A stretch of 29,001 nt of DNA, taken from a virus (Duplodnaviria; Caudoviricetes). Under the pieces are notes generated by a model, which was given only the letters and a program-made list of their open reading frames with translations, did no database searches and had not been told where the DNA came from. How positions within the stretch are numbered: the first letter of the stretch is position 1; each line of letters starts with the position of its first letter. Below are positions 25,610 through 29,001 of the stretch, piece after piece. The DNA lies in the IMG/VR virus record IMGVR_UViG_3300032299_000826, positions 1 through 29,001 of that record, one strand, 5' to 3'. Made by a program: the position numbers and the translations under genes.

Positions 25610-26653
25610 CAACTTAATTCCGTACTCTAATATGGACTCATCACCATCAGTTTTTTTAATCACCTCAAATCTTAAGATGTCATTTGTGTTAACTTGAATT
25701 AGTCTAACATCAGTACCATAAAAATCATTATTAATATAGACATCATAACTTTCAATATTACTTTGTCCCTGAGTTAAAAAATCACCCGTGTAATCCACAT
25801 TTAATTGCTTTGTTGTTACATTAGATGGAATTGTAACGGACAGATTAAATGTGTCTTTATTTTCAGGAAATCTTTTTTTCTTTGGTTTGGTTGTTTGAGA
25901 TGATACTTCAAAAGTGTTCAACACACGAGAAACCGCAGGGGCAACTTCAAATTCATCTTCATCCAATAAAAACCCTAACATTGTAAATTCGTAGTTTTGA
26001 ATGTAGAATCTTCTTCTTTGTACCTCAACAACCGACTCGTCTGAAATACCCCCCATAATAATTGGAATGTAATGACCGTTGATTTGTCTATAGGCTTGTC
26101 TTGATGCAAAAGTTTGAATTACATTTTTGTTAAACTCATTCAACTCCCTCATTCTATTACAAACAATTTTAACATTATAAGTAATATCAACAGGAACGGG
26201 TTGTGGAATTTTATAGATATCCAAACCTTTAATGTTTCCATTCCAAGACGGAACGGCAGCATAAAAATATTCTTTTCTGTTTGGAATATTATACATGATG
26301 GCAGGATTGCTTCCGTATTTAACTTCAGGTTGACGAACAACAGTAATAAAAGGTAATGTTGGATTACCATTTAAATCTTGGATGTTCCAAGTTTCTGTAA
26401 ATTGAGCCCAGTTTTGTGTGGTGATAATTAAATCAATCATTGGTATTATACTACCAGCAACCGTTGTTTGTAAATCTTCTTTAACAAAATCTAAAAATCC
26501 CCTATCTAACTCGGGGTGCAATAATGACTTTGGTAGGAAAGTTCCGTCATACTTAATATCTTCAACCAATTGTTCTCTACGAGCCAAAAGAATTTTTTCT
26601 GGCTTAAGATTAATAGTTGGAATAATTTCCTTTCGTTTTCTTGGTACCGGCAT
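25604..26653 (-). CDS. Tail terminator / sheath stabiliser (gp15-like)
   Basis: LPFITVVR and PQPVPVDITYNVKI motifs. Located between neck and sheath genes, with an extra C-terminal beta-rich domain. Confidence 0.6.
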   Translation of the reverse strand: MPVPRKRKEIIPTINLKPEKILLARREQLVEDIKYDGTFLPKSLLHPELDRGFLDFVKEDLQTTVAGSIIPMIDLIITTQNWAQFTETWNIQDLNGNPTLPFITVVRQPEVKYGSNPAIMYNIPNRKEYFYAAVPSWNGNIKGLDIYKIPQPVPVDITYNVKIVCNRMRELNEFNKNVIQTFASRQAYRQINGHYIPIIMGGISDESVVEVQRRRFYIQNYEFTMLGFLLDEDEFEVAPAVSRVLNTFEVSSQTTKPKKKRFPENKDTFNLSVTIPSNVTTKQLNVDYTGDFLTQGQSNIESYDVYINNDFYGTDVRLIQVNTNDILRFEVIKKTDGDESILEYGIKLL

Positions 26654-26654
26654 A

Positions 26655-27068
26655 TTATTTTTTAACTACAAATAGTTTATTTTGTGAATTAATCATATCA
26701 ACTTCTTCGGCTCTATAAACGGGTTCTTCACTTTGTTTGTAAACAAATGAATCGTGTTTATAAGGATTGTATGTCACAATCATATCAGATGGTGGATTTG
26801 GAATGTCACCACAAGGATATTCACAATAATCCAATAATCTTCCAATCACAAATGCGTGAACATTTTTTGATTTTTCAAAACGAACTCGTTCTTTACCACC
26901 TTTTCTAACTCTAAATTCAACATCACCTAACTTAACATAGTCGGCATGCATAATAACTTTACTGTCGTATGTAACGGAAAAAGTATTTTTGTGTAAGTTG
27001 TAATAGACCATTACTTTCTTACCCAAGAACAAATTATCAAACTGTGATTCCGTAATAAGGACTTTCAT
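26655..27068 (-). CDS. Phage hypothetical protein (YYNLHK...KNVHAFV type) with MKVLITESQ leader
   Basis: Clean ORF with TAATG coupling. The motif pattern is familiar from phage proteins of unknown function. Confidence 0.75.
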   Translation of the reverse strand: MKVLITESQFDNLFLGKKVMVYYNLHKNTFSVTYDSKVIMHADYVKLGDVEFRVRKGGKERVRFEKSKNVHAFVIGRLLDYCEYPCGDIPNPPSDMIVTYNPYKHDSFVYKQSEEPVYRAEEVDMINSQNKLFVVKK

Positions 27069-27583
27069 TATAATCCTCTAAATTCGTTTTCACTTGCGGG
27101 TGTTGCTGTGTAAGAAAAGTAAAATCCTTTATATCCACCATAAGTGTGTTTATTGTCATAATCAGGAATACCCGCATCTATTATTGAATAATACCTAACT
27201 TCAGATTCTGTTATCCAATACCCTATATAATCACCCAATTCAATATTAACTTGTAAATCTGCAAGTTCTTGTTTGTAGACGGCAAATTTTAATAATCCAG
27301 GTTCGTTTTGAATAATTTTACTACTTCCCAAAAATTGTTCAGACGCTTCTTCAATCTTAACATAAGCATTAATTGATACGGGTGCCAAAAATTGTATCCC
27401 GTCTTGTTGTACTTCACCATAAACATCATCTTGAACTGTTTTGGTCCTATCAACTTTATAAAGTACTATTGTAAAATTCATATCTCCACCAAGCCATTCA
27501 CGACCCATAGAAATATCTAATGAGAAATCTTCCCCACCAAAAAATTTTCCTAATCTTGTAATTGGAACTAACTGTTGTGCCAT
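27068..27583 (-). CDS. Putative neck / head-closure protein (gp14-like)
   Basis: DDVYGE...F..PV.I and ELGDYIGY beta-rich pattern. Upstream of the gp15-like and sheath genes. Confidence 0.5.
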   Translation of the reverse strand: MAQQLVPITRLGKFFGGEDFSLDISMGREWLGGDMNFTIVLYKVDRTKTVQDDVYGEVQQDGIQFLAPVSINAYVKIEEASEQFLGSSKIIQNEPGLLKFAVYKQELADLQVNIELGDYIGYWITESEVRYYSIIDAGIPDYDNKHTYGGYKGFYFSYTATPASENEFRGL

Positions 27584-27585
27584 AC

Positions 27586-27614
27586 TTGATAAATATACTT
27601 AAATTGATTATCTT
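27586..27614. promoter_or_regulatory. Overlapping divergent promoter candidates
   Basis: Minus strand TATTTAT (27595-27589) 5 nt upstream of the neck ATG. Plus strand TTGATA (27586-27591)-N17-TATCTT (27609-27614) upstream of the SNF2 gene. Confidence 0.45.
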
Positions 27615-27622
27615 TTGTTAGA

Positions 27623-29001
27623 TTGGAAAATACTGAAAACACATATAATGTCTCTGTGTTAGAAAGAAAAGCTCTTGATTTATTAGAGACGTATCAGGGT
27701 GCCAATAATTACATCATACGTTTGAGACAAAAACAGATTGATAACAAAAAGTTTTATCCCACTCGTGCTCAAGCAGAGTACATTATAAATTATCACGAAA
27801 CACCACCAAAAGTAGCAAAGAAATGGGTGGAACTTGATTCATACTTCGCACAAAAAATTGCTAATGATAAATTACTTTCATCTGTCCCAACAAAAGTATA
27901 TGTTGAAAAACTTTTAGTTGAAAAAGATACCGCCTATCATATTTGGGGTAAATATTTTGAATCTGAACAAGTGTATGATTTTTGGGTTCCAAAAGTTGCC
28001 TTAATAAAGGACAACAAAGTTAAAGATGTTGTGATTGATTATGAAAAGTATTCTCACCGTCCACCACTTGAACACCAAAAAGAAGCCGTTAAATCTTTGG
28101 TTGAGAATAAAAAATTTATTCTTGCTGATGACATGGGTTTGGGTAAGACAACATCAACTATTATCGCAGCTTTGGAAACTGGAGCAAAGAAAATTTTAAT
28201 TATTTGTCCAGCATCTTTAAAGATTAACTGGCAACGTGAGATTGAAAATTATTCAGACGAACCAACATCAATTATTGAGGGTAAAAAATGGGAAGATGGT
28301 ACTTTTATTATCATCAATTATGATATTATTAAAAACTTTCACGATGAAAAAAAGAAAACAGATTCTGTTTTATTAAAAACAAAGTTTGATTTGGTGATTA
28401 TTGATGAAGCACATTACATTCAAAACAAACAAGCCCAAAGAACTAAGTTAATTAATGACTTTGTGTCTAATGTTGACCGACTTTGGTTGTTAACAGGTAC
28501 ACCAATCACATCAAGACCGATTAATTACTTCAATTTATTAAACTTAATTGAATGTCCTGTTGCTAAAAATTGGATGGCTTATGTTAAAAGGTATTGTAAT
28601 GGTTTTCAATTCCAAGCGGGAAGAAGAAAAATTTGGAATGTTAGTGGAGCTTCCAACTTGGAAGAGTTAAGAGACCGAACCGCACCTTTGGTCTTGAGAA
28701 GATTAAAGGAAAATGTTTTAGATTTACCCGATAAAATTATTACACCTGTTTACCTAAGATTAAAATCAAAAGAATACGAAGCCTTAATGGGAGAATATTA
28801 TGATTGGTATGACAAAAATGGTGATTCCGATTCATTAACCCTACAATTTACTAAACTTACAAAGGTAAGACAGGTAATTGCCGAAGAGAAAGTTCCATCA
28901 ACAATTGAAATTTGTGAGAACATTATAGAACAAGGTAAGAAAGTAATTGTTTTTACAAACTTTACCAAGACTTTGGAAATGATATTGGAACATTTTGGAA
29001 A
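27623..29001 (+). CDS. SNF2-family (SF2) helicase/translocase, truncated by window end (absent from ORF track)
   Basis: Open frame from TTG at 27623 (in-frame TGA at 27605). Contains ILADDMGLGKT, ICPASLKINW, IIDEAH, LLTGTP, LRRLKENV and KKVIVFT motifs. Confidence 0.9.
   Translation, partial: MENTENTYNVSVLERKALDLLETYQGANNYIIRLRQKQIDNKKFYPTRAQAEYIINYHETPPKVAKKWVELDSYFAQKIANDKLLSSVPTKVYVEKLLVEKDTAYHIWGKYFESEQVYDFWVPKVALIKDNKVKDVVIDYEKYSHRPPLEHQKEAVKSLVENKKFILADDMGLGKTTSTIIAALETGAKKILIICPASLKINWQREIENYSDEPTSIIEGKKWEDGTFIIINYDIIKNFHDEKKKTDSVLLKTKFDLVIIDEAHYIQNKQAQRTKLINDFVSNVDRLWLLTGTPITSRPINYFNLLNLIECPVAKNWMAYVKRYCNGFQFQAGRRKIWNVSGASNLEELRDRTAPLVLRRLKENVLDLPDKIITPVYLRLKSKEYEALMGEYYDWYDKNGDSDSLTLQFTKLTKVRQVIAEEKVPSTIEICENIIEQGKKVIVFTNFTKTLEMILEHFG

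Larger units (their letters stand above)
1..29001. other. Segment of a large myovirus-type (distantly T4-like) bacteriophage genome: tail module plus DNA replication module
   Basis: Sheath, tube, tape measure, baseplate, gp32-like SSB, UvsX-like recombinase and gp41-like helicase are densely packed and co-oriented. No cellular housekeeping genes and no integrase are visible. Confidence 0.95.

Noticed and set aside
237-26675. Numerous short ORFs in the track that are antisense or out-of-frame within long genes (e.g. 373..696, 5519..5911, 19862..20134, 23197..23562)
   Set aside because: They are shadow ORFs of well-supported genes, with no motifs or plausible start context.
1-29001. Possible stop-codon reassignment (TAG recoding as in some large phages); none of the called genes ends in TAG
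   Set aside because: Very long ORFs are intact under the standard code and coding density is already near complete. TAG scarcity is expected in AT-rich genomes.
1-29001. CRISPR arrays, tRNAs, introns/inteins, reverse transcriptase/DGR repeats, transposases
   Set aside because: No spaced direct repeats or long duplications were seen by eye, intergenic gaps are short and accounted for, and the helicase, recombinase and SNF2 motifs are normally spaced with no intein-like insert.

Overview
An AT-rich segment (roughly one-third GC by eye) of a large contractile-tailed dsDNA phage with distantly T4-like genes, read in the standard genetic code. Almost everything lies on the minus strand. A tail/neck module (neck, gp15-like terminator, sheath, HAD phosphatase, tube, gp26-like chaperone, tape measure, giant tube-initiator/baseplate protein, LysM/gp53-like wedge, giant hub) ends at an intrinsic terminator. 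A replication/recombination module follows (gp32-like SSB, RecA/UvsX, 5'-3' exonuclease, DnaB/gp41 helicase, class II RNR). Two genes are on the plus strand: a small RHH-like regulator and a SNF2 helicase truncated by the window end. The most notable signal is missing from the ORF track: a 50-codon gp51-like coding frame with no ATG at its start, reachable from the gp26-like chaperone gene by a +1 (or -2) shift at GAG-UUU-UUU-CGC, directly upstream of the tape measure gene. This is a candidate G/GT-type recoding event. Other signals are a strand-oriented TATTTAT upstream motif (the reverse complement of the T4 late promoter), an OmpA-like domain inserted into a baseplate protein, and I/L-x-E N-terminal leaders. 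Protein calls come from motif recognition and synteny, not database searches.
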